Assembly (NCBI GenBank): GCA_050246755.1
Contig: JBFWVL010000001.1
Coordinates: 768,001 to 832,000 of the forward strand
DNA: 64,000 nucleotides
Source: Bacteriovoracia bacterium
GTDB taxonomy: Bacteria > Bdellovibrionota > UBA1018 > CAIPTA01
Direction of reading: 5' to 3'
The notes under the pieces were generated by a model. That model saw only the letters and a list, made by a program, of their open reading frames with translations, did no database searches and had not been told where the DNA came from. The position numbers and the translations under genes are program-made. Below are positions 1 to 10,168 of the stretch, piece after piece. Numbering within the stretch: the stretch's first letter is position 1; every line of letters begins with the position of its first letter.

Positions 1-1
1 T

Positions 2-580
2 TTTTGGTTCAAGCCCTTCCCTATTTTTCCTAAGAATCCCGTGCGCGACTTGCTGCCCAACTATAGCTGGCGCATGCGCCAGTCTCGCAATAAGTGGTTC
101 GTCCGGCGTATGCGCCGGGCCCAGGAAAAAATCTGGATCGTAACGCCTTACTTCGCCCCTACCCCCTTGATGCTTTTTCATTTGCGGGCGGCCGCCCGCC
201 GGGGCGTGGACGTGCGGATCATCCTCTCGCAGAAAACCGACGTGATGATCAGCCGCTGGGCAGCCGTGGGACTCTACCATCGCTTGCTGCAGTGGGGCGT
301 GAGAATTTTTGAGTACAAGCCTTCCCTCCTCCACCGCAAGCTCTGGATCATAGACCAAACCGCCGTTGTGGGATCTGCGAACTTTAATCATCGCTCCTTC
401 ATGCACGACCTCGAGCTCGATATCGTGCTCCGCGAGCCCGCGCAGGTTGAAACAGCGCGCGAGCTATTTCGCAAAGACGAGAACGAAAGCCTGAGAATAG
501 AAAAAGATCAAATGGAGAAACTGCCCTTCTGGACCAAGACCGTAACTTGGTTCGCGGGTTGGTTTAGTTATTGGCTATGA
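2..580 (+). CDS. Cardiolipin synthase (ClsB-like, phospholipase D family), 5'-truncated by window edge
   Basis: Frame is open from base 2. Motifs TPYFAP, AARRGVDVRII and HxKxxxxD (HRKLWIID..VVGSANF). Followed by a YbhP-like gene. Confidence 0.85.
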   Translation, partial: FWFKPFPIFPKNPVRDLLPNYSWRMRQSRNKWFVRRMRRAQEKIWIVTPYFAPTPLMLFHLRAAARRGVDVRIILSQKTDVMISRWAAVGLYHRLLQWGVRIFEYKPSLLHRKLWIIDQTAVVGSANFNHRSFMHDLELDIVLREPAQVETARELFRKDENESLRIEKDQMEKLPFWTKTVTWFAGWFSYWL

Positions 581-1290
581 AACACTGGCGTCTCATCACC
601 TATAATATTCACAAGGGCGTGACTCCCTTCCGTAATATGAGCGTGATCGATCGGGTGCGTATTAGCCTCGTGGAATCCAAGGCCGACTTCCTCCTGTTGC
701 AAGAGGTAGTGGGAGAACGCCGGGAAAGCGCCAAAAAGGTGACCCGTCATCTTGAAGACCTGGCCGACGAAAGCTGGCCCCACCATGCTTACGGAAAAAA
801 TGCCGTCTTCCCCACGCGTAACCACGGCAATGCCATATTAAGCTCGATTCCCATCACGAAGTTTCACAATAAGGATCTGTCGATCTATTCGGTGGAGAAG
901 CGTGGGCTGCTGCACGCCGAGCTGGAATGGGAAAAGCCCGGCCTGCATCTTTGCTCGGTGCACCTGGATCTTTTCGAGTTCACGCGAAAAAAGCAGGTGG
1001 AAAAATTAATTGATTATCTAAGGGCCTATGTGCCCAAAAATGCTCCGTTAATTTTGGGCGGAGACTTTAACGACTGGGCCGAGAAGGTGGGCCACCGTTT
1101 GGAAAAAGCGCTCGGGCTCGAGGAGCTTAGCCAGCCCAGCTTTCCGGCCTGGCACCCGATCCTGAGATTGGATCGGCTATACGTGCGGGGAATCAAGGTG
1201 ACGAAGTTCCAAGCCCTGGAAAAAGCTCCGTGGAACCGGCTCTCGGATCACCTGCCCCTAATGGTGGAGTTTCAGGTGAAGAAGAAATAA
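577..1290 (+). CDS. Endonuclease/exonuclease/phosphatase family protein (YbhP-like)
   Basis: TYNIHKG, LQEV, HGNAILS, GDFNDW, LDRLY, SDHLP motifs. ATG at 577 overlaps the upstream stop (ATGA). Confidence 0.9.
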   Translation: MKHWRLITYNIHKGVTPFRNMSVIDRVRISLVESKADFLLLQEVVGERRESAKKVTRHLEDLADESWPHHAYGKNAVFPTRNHGNAILSSIPITKFHNKDLSIYSVEKRGLLHAELEWEKPGLHLCSVHLDLFEFTRKKQVEKLIDYLRAYVPKNAPLILGGDFNDWAEKVGHRLEKALGLEELSQPSFPAWHPILRLDRLYVRGIKVTKFQALEKAPWNRLSDHLPLMVEFQVKKK

Positions 1291-1291
1291 A

Positions 1292-1690
1292 TTATTTCTT
1301 CTTAGGTCGTTTCCGCGCCGGAATTTTTCCGATGCGCGGGTCGTTCTTAAGCGCAATCGCGCAGGCCTTGAAAGCGTCTTCCTCGAAACGCGAAGAGCTT
1401 TCGGGAAGATTCTGCCAGCCGGTGGGCCCTGGCCCGAACATTTCTATGGAACGCATCGAGGGTAAATCTTTTTTCAAGCTGGAGTGATGCTCGGCCGTGG
1501 TGGCGATCCAGATTCCGTTGTCCTTTTTCGAGTCTTCTCGCTTTCGCAGGATGAAGAGGATTTTATCGCCGCTATAGATTGAGGTACAGCCGAACATCGG
1601 TTTGGTATAGGGCTCTAGCGGCGCAAGCTCTTCGAGCATGAATAGGAAGGGAATCTCTTTTTTCGGCTTGGGCTTTTTCTTGGGCGGCAT
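1292..1690 (-). CDS. TfoX N-terminal-domain-like hypothetical protein
   Basis: KPMFGCTSIY..DKILFIL resembles the TfoX_N MFGG motif; C-terminal DPRIGKIP. Confidence 0.6.
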   Translation of the reverse strand: MPPKKKPKPKKEIPFLFMLEELAPLEPYTKPMFGCTSIYSGDKILFILRKREDSKKDNGIWIATTAEHHSSLKKDLPSMRSIEMFGPGPTGWQNLPESSSRFEEDAFKACAIALKNDPRIGKIPARKRPKKK

Positions 1691-1865
1691 GGGAAGAATT
1701 TAGCAAATTGCGGCCATGGAAAGAACTAAGCCGGCAAGTGCCGGAAATTAGGCGAATTAATGCATCCGTACTAAGGGCGTCCAAAGTAAAAACTCATTTT
1801 CAAACCAACCCACACTATTGCGCTACGCACAAAATACCCCTTTCGCCCAAAATTTCCTGCAAATT

Positions 1866-1897
1866 TTCGCCACGCATTTATCCACATTTTCTCCACA
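1866..1897 (+). promoter_or_regulatory. Tandem DnaA-box-like array upstream of smc
   Basis: Perfect TTATCCACA at 1878-1886, one-mismatch TTCTCCACA at 1889-1897, degenerate TTCGCCACG at 1866-1874. Confidence 0.55.
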
Positions 1898-1939
1898 AAT
1901 TCCAATACTTAAACTCTCTAGCCCCTGGGGAAACTTTTC

Positions 1940-1968
1940 TTGCGTAAGCTACACCGTGTAAGTACACT
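1940..1968 (+). promoter_or_regulatory. Putative sigma70 promoter of smc
   Basis: TTGCGT(1940-1945)-N17-TACACT(1963-1968); SD GAGGGG at 1991-1996. Confidence 0.6.
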
Positions 1969-2005
1969 AATTCCGGTTCACGCACATTTTGAGGGGAATT
2001 CAAAA

Positions 2006-5000
2006 ATGCATATCCGGCGCTTAGAGCTGCAGGGCTTCAAATCTTTTAAAGACAAGACCGTAATTAACTTCGATGACGGCATCACCGGCATCGTTGGCCC
2101 TAACGGCTGCGGCAAATCGAACGTTGTGGATGCCTTCTTCTGGGTAATGGGCGAACAAAACGCGCGCCACCTGCGCGGACAAAACATGGACGATTTAATT
2201 TTCAGCGGCGCCGATAAAGCCCCGCCCGCGAGCTCCGCCGAAGTTACGCTCGTGCTCGACATGCCGGCTGAACTCTCCGGCCCCAACGTGGCCGCCGGCG
2301 CTTCTACCACCGATCTCGCCACTCACCTCACCCGCGAAGTGGCCATCACCCGCAAACTCTACCGTACCGGCGAGAGCGATTACTTCATCAACAAAACTCC
2401 TTGCCGCCTCCGCGATATCCAAGAGCTGTTCATGGACACGGGCGTGGGCGCCCGCGGTTACAGCATCATCCAGCAGGGCCAGATCGCCAAGATCGTGCAA
2501 GCCAAGCCCGAAGACCGCCGTACCATGATCGAAGAAGTGGCCGGGATCGTGAAGTATAAAGCGCGCCGCAAAGAATCCACGCGCAAGCTCGAGGCCACGA
2601 ACCAAAATTTGCTCCGCGTAACCGACGTGATCAACGAGCTCGAGATCCAAAAGCGCCAAATGGAGCGCCAGGCCGACAAAGCCCGTAAATACAAAGAATG
2701 GAAAGAGAAGCTCCAGGGCATCGAGCTGCGCTTCAACGCCCTCAAATGGGAAGACCTCGCCAACCGCATCGGCGTTCTCGAGATGGACATCGAACGCCTC
2801 GGCCACGAAGACGCCTCTCTCTCTACCGCGCGTGAAACCGCCGAGACGCAAATCTCGCAGAAGCGCCTCGAGCTCGCCCAGGCCACCAAAGTTTCGGAAG
2901 AATTCCAGCAGAAGTGGCTGGAGACCGGCACTCGCCTGAACAATACCGAAAACGATTTGAAATATTCGCAAAAAACCCTGGATGACCTCCAGGCCGTTTT
3001 CGCCCAGCTCGAACAAGACACCGCCGAAGAGCGCATCCTGATCGAATCGTTGGCCGCGCAAAACCAAGAACTGCTCAACGAGAGTGCCAACGCCGAAACG
3101 CAGTACGCCGAAGCCGAAGAAATCCGTAAAACGCAGGAGACCCTGGCCCAAGAGCGACGCCGTGAATCCGAAGAAACCGAACGCGCCCTCGAAACCGCCA
3201 AGAAACGCCTCTACGAGCTAGGCTCCGAGCTGGAGCGTGCCCGCTCCACCGCCAACTTTGCCGAGCAGCGCATCGCCGAGCTTTCGGAAAGCCTTGCCCG
3301 TGTTTCGGGTGAACGTGCCGAGAAAGAAGAATTTCTCAGCACCGCTCGTGTGCAGCGTGAAGCCGCCGCCGAGCGTCTCGATATGGCTCGCCTCGAAGCG
3401 GAAACCATCCGCGCGGGGATCATTAAGGCGAATGAAGATCTCTCGTCTCAAAATAAAGACCTAAGCGAAGCGCGCCGGGAACTCTCTCGCTTGAGCTCCG
3501 AACAAGCCCGCACTCGCACCACTCTGCAAACTTTGGAAGAGCAGAAGAAGCGTCACGAAGATTCCTCCAAGGGCGTGAAGGCCGTTTTCCAGCAAATCAT
3601 CCCTCAGCGCGCGGATCTCGCCGGCGCCGTTCGCGGAACCCTCGCCGATATGCTCCAAGTGGATGCCGGAATGGAAACCGCGGCGGAAACCGCCCTCGGC
3701 AAAGCCCTCGACTGGGTTCTCACCAATGATTCGAACCAGCACGCGGCCCTCAGCGCGGCCCTCAAAGAAGGCGCCCTTGGCCGTGCCGCATTTGCGGATC
3801 TCCGCAAGCTCGCAGCCCAGCATAATGCTCCCCTCGAATTCGCGGCTCCCGAAGAGTTCGCGGCTTACGTGGTAGGCCCTCTCACCAATTTCGTACGCCT
3901 CCAAAGCACCGTGAATGAAGAAGGCGCCGATGCGCTCCTGAAGCACTTGCTCGCAAATGTGATCGTACTGAACTCTTCGGCGAACGCCATGACGCTTTCG
4001 GAACGCTTCCCGAACGTGACTTTCGTAACCCTCGATGGGGAAAGCTTCCGTTCCGGCTGGTTCATGGAAGGCGGCGATAAGAGCTCCGTTTCCGGCCACT
4101 ACGTGGGACGCAACCGCGAAATCGCCGAGCTCACCGAGAAGCTCGAAGAAATCACCGCGCAAATTGAAGCCCTTCACGGGCGCGTGCAGGAGATCGAAGC
4201 CGGCATCCACCAAGTAGAAGAAGCCAAGCGCGCCGCAGAAGAATCCGCCCGCGCCCAGCAGAGCGAAATCTCGGCGATCGGTTCCGAAGAGGCTTCCTTG
4301 GCCGCCCGCCTCAACGAGGCCGAGCGCACTCTCGCCAAGATGGTTCAGGACGAAGAACGCGCCCTCGCCGAAAAAGAGAAGCTAGCCGCTTCGGCAAAAG
4401 AAGCGCGCCAGAATATCTTCGCTTTCGAAACCGAGAAAGGCGCCCTCGATGTTGAGAATGCCCGCCTCGGAGAGATCCTCGTGGCCGCCCGTGCCGCCTG
4501 GGATGCTGCCCAGCAAACCCTGGTGGATGCGCGCGTGAAAGCCGCCAACTTGGCCGATCAGCGCAATTCCCTCGAAACGCGCAAGCGCCAGAACCAGAAC
4601 GCCCTCGACCAGCACCGCAATCGCATCGACAGCATGATCGAGCAAACGAAGCGCCGCCACGCCGAGAGCGACGAAACCAAATCCCGCATCGAAACCCTCA
4701 CCCTGCTCATCGACGAACAGCGCGTGGCGATGGTGGAAGCGGAACAAGACTACCGTTCGGCCCGCGACCGTTTCGACCTCCTCAACAACGAAGTGGAAGA
4801 GCAGCGCACGGCCGTGCAAGAGCATTCCACCAAAGAGCGCGCCATCAAGGACACCCTCCTCAACGCCCGCCTCGAGCACCAGAAGCTCACCAGCGACCGC
4901 GATGGGCTCTCGCAGAACACCTTCGAGCGCTATGGACTCATGCTCAGCGAATACAGCATGATGCCCGAGACCATGGAGCAAGTGCAGCTTCTCCGCGAAG

Positions 5001-5668
5001 CCGGCGAAGGCACCATCAACGAGATCCAGAACGAAGTTACTCTCCTCCGCGAGAAGATCCGCAAGCTCGGCGACATCAACCCTTCCGCCGTGGAAGAATA
5101 CGATGCCATCGTGGAGCGCTTCACCCTGCTCTCCACGCAAAAGGCCGACCTCGAGAAGGCCATGGCCGATCTCCAGAGCACCGTGGACCGCATCAACCAC
5201 GTTTCGAAGGAGCGCTTCGAGCGCGCGTTCAAGCAGACCAACGAGCACTTCATGCGCGTATTCCCGGTGATCTTCGGCGGTGGCCATGCCCACCTCACGC
5301 TCACTAACCCGGAAGACATGCTGGAGACCGGCGTGGACATCACCGCCCAGCCTCCCGGCAAGAAGGCGCAGAATATCAACCTGCTCAGCGGGGGAGAAAA
5401 AACCCTCACCGCGCTCAGCTTGCTGTTCTCGATCTTCCTCGTGAAGCCGACCCCCTTCTGCTTGCTGGATGAGGTGGACGCTCCACTCGACGACGCGAAT
5501 ATCGGACGCTTCAACGCTCTCCTCCGCGAGATGTCGAAGCGCTCGCAGTTCATCATCATTACCCACAACAAGCGCACCATGGAGCTCAACGACAAGCTCT
5601 ACGGCGTGACGATGGAAGACGCGGGCGTCTCGAAGATGGTGAGCATCCAGCTCAGCGCTTCGGCCTGA
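2006..5668 (+). CDS. smc: Chromosome segregation protein SMC
   Basis: LQGFKSF, Walker A GPNGCGKSN, long coiled coils, hinge, signature LSGGE, Walker B LLDEVDAPLD. Start moved to ATG 2006 behind the SD. Confidence 0.97.
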   Translation: MHIRRLELQGFKSFKDKTVINFDDGITGIVGPNGCGKSNVVDAFFWVMGEQNARHLRGQNMDDLIFSGADKAPPASSAEVTLVLDMPAELSGPNVAAGASTTDLATHLTREVAITRKLYRTGESDYFINKTPCRLRDIQELFMDTGVGARGYSIIQQGQIAKIVQAKPEDRRTMIEEVAGIVKYKARRKESTRKLEATNQNLLRVTDVINELEIQKRQMERQADKARKYKEWKEKLQGIELRFNALKWEDLANRIGVLEMDIERLGHEDASLSTARETAETQISQKRLELAQATKVSEEFQQKWLETGTRLNNTENDLKYSQKTLDDLQAVFAQLEQDTAEERILIESLAAQNQELLNESANAETQYAEAEEIRKTQETLAQERRRESEETERALETAKKRLYELGSELERARSTANFAEQRIAELSESLARVSGERAEKEEFLSTARVQREAAAERLDMARLEAETIRAGIIKANEDLSSQNKDLSEARRELSRLSSEQARTRTTLQTLEEQKKRHEDSSKGVKAVFQQIIPQRADLAGAVRGTLADMLQVDAGMETAAETALGKALDWVLTNDSNQHAALSAALKEGALGRAAFADLRKLAAQHNAPLEFAAPEEFAAYVVGPLTNFVRLQSTVNEEGADALLKHLLANVIVLNSSANAMTLSERFPNVTFVTLDGESFRSGWFMEGGDKSSVSGHYVGRNREIAELTEKLEEITAQIEALHGRVQEIEAGIHQVEEAKRAAEESARAQQSEISAIGSEEASLAARLNEAERTLAKMVQDEERALAEKEKLAASAKEARQNIFAFETEKGALDVENARLGEILVAARAAWDAAQQTLVDARVKAANLADQRNSLETRKRQNQNALDQHRNRIDSMIEQTKRRHAESDETKSRIETLTLLIDEQRVAMVEAEQDYRSARDRFDLLNNEVEEQRTAVQEHSTKERAIKDTLLNARLEHQKLTSDRDGLSQNTFERYGLMLSEYSMMPETMEQVQLLREAGEGTINEIQNEVTLLREKIRKLGDINPSAVEEYDAIVERFTLLSTQKADLEKAMADLQSTVDRINHVSKERFERAFKQTNEHFMRVFPVIFGGGHAHLTLTNPEDMLETGVDITAQPPGKKAQNINLLSGGEKTLTALSLLFSIFLVKPTPFCLLDEVDAPLDDANIGRFNALLREMSKRSQFIIITHNKRTMELNDKLYGVTMEDAGVSKMVSIQLSASA

Positions 5669-5687
5669 GTTCGTCTTTTCGATTGGG

Positions 5688-5718
5688 AAAGGGCGGAGTG
5701 AAAACTCTGCCCTTTTTT
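5688..5718 (+). terminator. Intrinsic terminator after smc
   Basis: AAAGGGCGGAGT-GAAA-ACTCTGCCCTTT hairpin followed by a T tract. Confidence 0.85.
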
Positions 5719-5764
5719 ATTTGTGCGGTGAAGCGCAAGAGTTGCCCAGAACGTCCAAAGTGAA

Positions 5765-6625
5765 CTAAGTAGGAATCTCGCCCTCTAGATTGGGCTCGGT
5801 ATCGCGATAGGCCGGATCCATCTTATAATCCTCTTCTTCGAGAGAATTATCTTTGGCGCGAGAGAGCTTGTTCATAAACCCGAACATATCCAGCTCCACT
5901 CTCTTCTCGTCCGTTTTCGTATTTTGTTTCAACTGCGCGATCCAAGGGCGATTGTCGAACCCGCGGCGAAAATAGAGTCGGTTATTATGCACCCTTCTCG
6001 CGATCGTGATTTCCACCGGCTTCTCGGCAGAAAAAAGAAAATGGAGAAATACCGGGCGCTCCTGGAGGCCTCGGAGAAGCGGGGCCAGGTCCTCTGTCAG
6101 AAGCCTGCGAAAAAGTCGGACTACCTCCACCCGCAAATAAGAAGATTCTGAACGGACTTGAATTTGAAATTTTCCGTCGGGCGGTCGGGAAAAAACGATG
6201 GCCACACGCACCTCACCTTCCACGCGCGACGCTTTCATCCACGTAGGGTAGTAGAGAGAGCCATCGATTTTGGCCCGCAGGCGAGAGTAATCGGAAATAT
6301 GCCGGTCGCTCGCCGCATCGAACGCCACGGATCCCCGATCTTCTCCGCTTTGAAAATTCTTTCCCGCACCAGGCTGCCCAAGCGGGCCTTTGCTTTTCAG
6401 CCAGGAGAAGTCGGAAGCGATGGAAGATTCTCGACCACCTCCCAATTTCGATTTCGTGGAGGAAGCGGAAGGTTTCTTTAGCGAAGAAGAATCAGGTTCC
6501 GCAAATTCCACCATGATAGGTGTCATTTCCACGGGAATAGTTTTTTCACGCAAAAAGGAAAACGCACCTAAAAGCAAAGCGCAGTGGAGAAGAATCGAGA
6601 ATAAGAGAAATCGTCTAGATCGCAT
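5765..6625 (-). CDS. TonB/TolA-like energy transducer family protein
   Basis: N-terminal TM segment with SxxxH (FSILLHCALL), low-complexity linker, YSRLRAKI...YP...VEGEVRV TonB_C-like motif. Confidence 0.6.
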   Translation of the reverse strand: MRSRRFLLFSILLHCALLLGAFSFLREKTIPVEMTPIMVEFAEPDSSSLKKPSASSTKSKLGGGRESSIASDFSWLKSKGPLGQPGAGKNFQSGEDRGSVAFDAASDRHISDYSRLRAKIDGSLYYPTWMKASRVEGEVRVAIVFSRPPDGKFQIQVRSESSYLRVEVVRLFRRLLTEDLAPLLRGLQERPVFLHFLFSAEKPVEITIARRVHNNRLYFRRGFDNRPWIAQLKQNTKTDEKRVELDMFGFMNKLSRAKDNSLEEEDYKMDPAYRDTEPNLEGEIPT

Positions 6626-6667
6626 TTTTCTTTCCGGACGAAAGAGCGTGAAACCAGCTTAGTACGC

Positions 6668-7474
6668 TTACTTGCTTTTTTCCACGTGAATCAAAATACC
6701 GGCATGATCAGAAACCCACTCGCCATTATAGGGCGTGTCGAGCACGATCTCGGCCGAACCTTCGATATTCCAGCCCAGGGCCCAGTCGATGGTTTGAGAA
6801 GGAATATTCTCGCCGTAGATGCGGCGGATCGGATTGAAGGCCCCGATCGAAGGCTTTAGAGCGCCGTACAAAGACTTCAGTCCGCCCTCGAAAAGGACCT
6901 GCATCTCGGCGGATTTCTCGTCGGCATTAAAATCCCCTACCACGAGCCACTGCCGGCACTCGGCCTCGTGGGCTTTCAGCCAATTCAGCAACCAGCGCGC
7001 TTCCACCTGGCGCACGGCGGTGGTTTGGTAGGAAAGGTGGAGGCTCAGCACCCCTAAACAATTCCCATCTAAAACAGAATCGAAAATCGCGCCCTGCACG
7101 CGGCGCTGCACTCCGCCGTCGAAGAAGAAGCCATCGTTGATCCATTTGCGGGGCGTAAGAGTTGAACCCATCCAATAGCCGTAAGCTTGGTTATCGGCGC
7201 CCATCATTTCGTATACGTAATCGCGATTCGTGTAGGCCGTGAGAAGGCTGGCGTCGGAGCTATCGTCGCCTAAGCGCTGCGCTTCTTGAAACGTCACGAT
7301 CGAGGGATTCTTCGTGGAAAGATAGTCGGCCACGGCGGCCATGCGCCGGGCGCGGAAACCTTCGTCCCATTTGCCCTGCAGTTGATCAAAGACGTTTAAA
7401 TTGAAAACGTCCACCGCCTGGGCATGCGCACATCCTGAACAGAGAACCACCAATAAGAGAGAGAGGAACTTCAT
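6668..7474 (-). CDS. Secreted/lipoprotein endonuclease/exonuclease/phosphatase family protein
   Basis: Signal with LCSGC lipobox-like motif; FNLNV, FQE, HL, GDFNA, IDW, SDH motifs. Start moved to MKFL at 7474. Confidence 0.8.
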   Translation of the reverse strand: MKFLSLLLVVLCSGCAHAQAVDVFNLNVFDQLQGKWDEGFRARRMAAVADYLSTKNPSIVTFQEAQRLGDDSSDASLLTAYTNRDYVYEMMGADNQAYGYWMGSTLTPRKWINDGFFFDGGVQRRVQGAIFDSVLDGNCLGVLSLHLSYQTTAVRQVEARWLLNWLKAHEAECRQWLVVGDFNADEKSAEMQVLFEGGLKSLYGALKPSIGAFNPIRRIYGENIPSQTIDWALGWNIEGSAEIVLDTPYNGEWVSDHAGILIHVEKSK

Positions 7475-7535
7475 GCCCGGGTTAATACACCGCGTTGCCG
7501 TGGGCACCAAGGGAAAATAGCGCTATAGTGGAGAG

Positions 7536-8213
7536 ATGCAAAAAGCCCTTATCTTTCTCCTATTCCTCTCCGCGCTTCCCGCTCAGGCAATCGATCGCGC
7601 GAAGATTTCTCCCGTGAAGAAAATTTCGCTCGATAAATTGCAAGCCACCTACAAAAGCAAAGCTTCGCTCGAAGCGGATTTCATCCAGGAAGTGTACCAA
7701 GCCTCTCTGGCCAGAACGAAAACGAGCAAAGGAAATATCCGCCTTTCAAAGCCGAACTTCGTGCGTTGGGAAATTGCCGAACCCGAGGCCAGCATCATGG
7801 TTTCTAACGGCCGCAGGGTCTCCTACTTCACGCCGGACGCGCGCGGGAAGGGCAAAGGCCAGGTGATTGAAAGAGCCGCCTCCGAGCTCGAACGGCAACC
7901 GATGTTTCGCATCCTCACGGGCAGCGCACCGCTCACGAAGGAGTTCATCGTCACCAAAGAAGAGAAAATCGAGGGGGTGGCCAAGGGGGAGGCTTTCACC
8001 GAAATTTGGCTGAAGCCCAAAAAGCCTATGAGCGATATTAACGAGGTGCGTCTGCGTATTGACTCTAAGTACTTGATTCGCGAGCTGAATTTGGAAAATG
8101 AGAACGGGAATAAAACGAAAATCACCTTGCAAAATCAGAGCTTAGGCGATAAGTTGCCCACCGCATTATTCGATTTTAAAGCGCCCGAAGGAACCGAAGT
8201 AATTCGGAACTAA
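7536..8213 (+). CDS. lolA: Outer membrane lipoprotein carrier protein LolA
   Basis: Signal peptide; ADFIQ, KPNFVRWE..PE...VSNG, terminal FDFKAPEGTEVI. Confidence 0.85.
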   Translation: MQKALIFLLFLSALPAQAIDRAKISPVKKISLDKLQATYKSKASLEADFIQEVYQASLARTKTSKGNIRLSKPNFVRWEIAEPEASIMVSNGRRVSYFTPDARGKGKGQVIERAASELERQPMFRILTGSAPLTKEFIVTKEEKIEGVAKGEAFTEIWLKPKKPMSDINEVRLRIDSKYLIRELNLENENGNKTKITLQNQSLGDKLPTALFDFKAPEGTEVIRN

Positions 8214-8239
8214 GCCCAGAATTTTTTTAGGAGTTAGCG

Positions 8240-8731
8240 ATGCCATCGTTCGATGTTGTGTCTGAGGTAAACCTGCAAGAAGTTGATAACGCAGTTAATC
8301 AAACCGTGAAGGAAATTCAGCAGCGGTATGATTTCAAAGGCTCCAAAACCACGATCGAGTGGCGCGCCAAAGAAAAAGAAATCGTGATCGCCACCGACGA
8401 TGATTACAAACTTTCCGCCGCCACCGACATCCTCCAGTCGAAATTCGTGAAGCGCTCGCTTCCGCTCAAGAACATGAAATACGAAACCATCGAGCAAGCC
8501 ACCGGCGGACAAGTACGCCAGGTGATTAAGATCCAGCAAGGCCTCGATAAAGAGAACGCCAAGAAAATTAACGAAGTCATTAAGAACGCAAAAATTAAAG
8601 TTCAGTCCCAAATAATGGACGACCAAGTGCGCGTGACCTCCAAGAGCATCGACGATCTCCAGGATGCCATCCGCGCTCTCCGCGCGGCCCCTCTCGAAGT
8701 CGACGTACAATTCACGAACATGAGACAATAA
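8240..8731 (+). CDS. yajQ: YajQ family nucleotide/c-di-GMP-binding protein
   Basis: MPSFDVVSEV, RYDFKGS, DQVRVT..K.IDDLQ, QFTN.R. Confidence 0.95.
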   Translation: MPSFDVVSEVNLQEVDNAVNQTVKEIQQRYDFKGSKTTIEWRAKEKEIVIATDDDYKLSAATDILQSKFVKRSLPLKNMKYETIEQATGGQVRQVIKIQQGLDKENAKKINEVIKNAKIKVQSQIMDDQVRVTSKSIDDLQDAIRALRAAPLEVDVQFTNMRQ

Positions 8732-10152
8732 TGCAAACCACGAATTCCACCGCTACCGCCGATAAGAAACAAACGCGCACTTCCGAGATCGAGCAGAATA
8801 CGGTTTATTTCGTATCGCTCGGTTGCCCAAAAAATCTCGTAGATAGCCAGGTGATGCTTGGTCTCCTGAAGTCGAATAAATTCAAGATCACCGAGGAGCC
8901 TTCCGAGGCCGATACCGTGATCGTGAACACTTGCTCCTTCATCGACGCGGCCAAACAAGAATCGATCAATACGATTCTCGAAATGGCCGATCTCAAAGAA
9001 GATGGCGGAAAGCTGAAGAATCTCGTGGTGAGCGGCTGCATGGCCCAGCGTTATGCCTCCGACCTCGAAAAAGAAATGCCCGAAGTGGATCTCTTTATCG
9101 GTACTGGCGAATACCACCGCATCGTGGAGCTCCTCCAGAAGCGCGCCCTCGGCAAACTCCGCCAGAAAACTTTCGTGGACATTCCCACCTTCATCCACAC
9201 CGAAGAGCATCCCCGGATCAATACGGGCGCCCGCCATTCGGCCTTCCTGAAAATTTCCGAAGGCTGCGTGCGCAACTGCTCCTTCTGCATCATTCCCGAG
9301 CTCCGCGGCCACCAAGTACGCTCGCGTTCGATTCCCTCCCTCGTGGAAGAAGCTACGAACCTGGCGAAATCCGGCGTGACCGAACTCAACCTCGTGGCCC
9401 AGGATCTCACCCACTACGGCATCGAGAATGGCTACAAAGAAACCCTCGCCATGCTCCTCAAAGAGCTCGTGAAGGTGGACGGAATCAAGTGGATGCGCTT
9501 GCACTACGCGTATCCCGATAATTTTACCGACGAAGTGATCGATCTCATGGCAAACGAGCCGAAGATCCTGAAGTACGTGGACATGCCCCTCCAGCACGGC
9601 GACGACAAAGTGCTCAAGCTCATGAATCGCCGCGTGACCCGCGAACAAATTTATACCCTCGTGGAAAAAATGCGCGCCCGCATTCCCGGCCTCGTATTTC
9701 GCACCAATATTATCGTAGGCCATCCCGGTGAAGACGAGGCGTCTTATGAAAACGTAAAGCGCATGCTCCAGGAACTACGCCTTGAGCACGTGGGCGTATT
9801 TAAATACTCCCTCGAGGAAGGCACTCCGTCTTTCCGCCTTGCGCAAAAAATCGGACAAGTTCCGGAAGAAGTTATTCAGCATCGCTTCAATGAGCTGATG
9901 GAAATTCAGCAGCGCATCTCCCAAGAGAATAACCAGAAGCTCGTCGGAAAACGCATTCAGGTGCTGGTAGAAGGCGTATCGCGCGAAAGCGACCTTTTGC
10001 TGCAGGGCCGCTGGTATGGCCAGGCGCAAGAAATCGACGGCGTGGTGCTGATCAATGATGGCGATAGCGCCCCCGGCGAATACGTAGAAGTGGAAGTAAC
10101 GGAAGCCTTGCCGTACGATCTGGTAGGCGGAATTGTTCCCCGCCTGAACTGA
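8731..10152 (+). CDS. rimO: Ribosomal protein S12 methylthiotransferase RimO
   Basis: SLGCPKNLVDS, NTCSFI, GCMAQRY, radical SAM CxxxCxxC, RLHYAYP, TRAM domain with EIDG. Confidence 0.95.
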   Translation: MQTTNSTATADKKQTRTSEIEQNTVYFVSLGCPKNLVDSQVMLGLLKSNKFKITEEPSEADTVIVNTCSFIDAAKQESINTILEMADLKEDGGKLKNLVVSGCMAQRYASDLEKEMPEVDLFIGTGEYHRIVELLQKRALGKLRQKTFVDIPTFIHTEEHPRINTGARHSAFLKISEGCVRNCSFCIIPELRGHQVRSRSIPSLVEEATNLAKSGVTELNLVAQDLTHYGIENGYKETLAMLLKELVKVDGIKWMRLHYAYPDNFTDEVIDLMANEPKILKYVDMPLQHGDDKVLKLMNRRVTREQIYTLVEKMRARIPGLVFRTNIIVGHPGEDEASYENVKRMLQELRLEHVGVFKYSLEEGTPSFRLAQKIGQVPEEVIQHRFNELMEIQQRISQENNQKLVGKRIQVLVEGVSRESDLLLQGRWYGQAQEIDGVVLINDGDSAPGEYVEVEVTEALPYDLVGGIVPRLN

Positions 10153-10168
10153 TCTTTTAGGGAGAAGC

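Noticed and set aside
1691-2005. Possible oriC, and the 79-aa ORF 1708-1947
   Set aside because: Only one perfect DnaA box, no clear unwinding element, no dnaA/dnaN nearby. The ORF covers promoter DNA and has no recognisable features.
1978-5595. Long antisense ORFs inside smc (similar ones in rimO, dnaE, glpX, kbl)
   Set aside because: Shadow frames expected from strong G/C third-position bias; no motifs, fully overlapped by confident genes.
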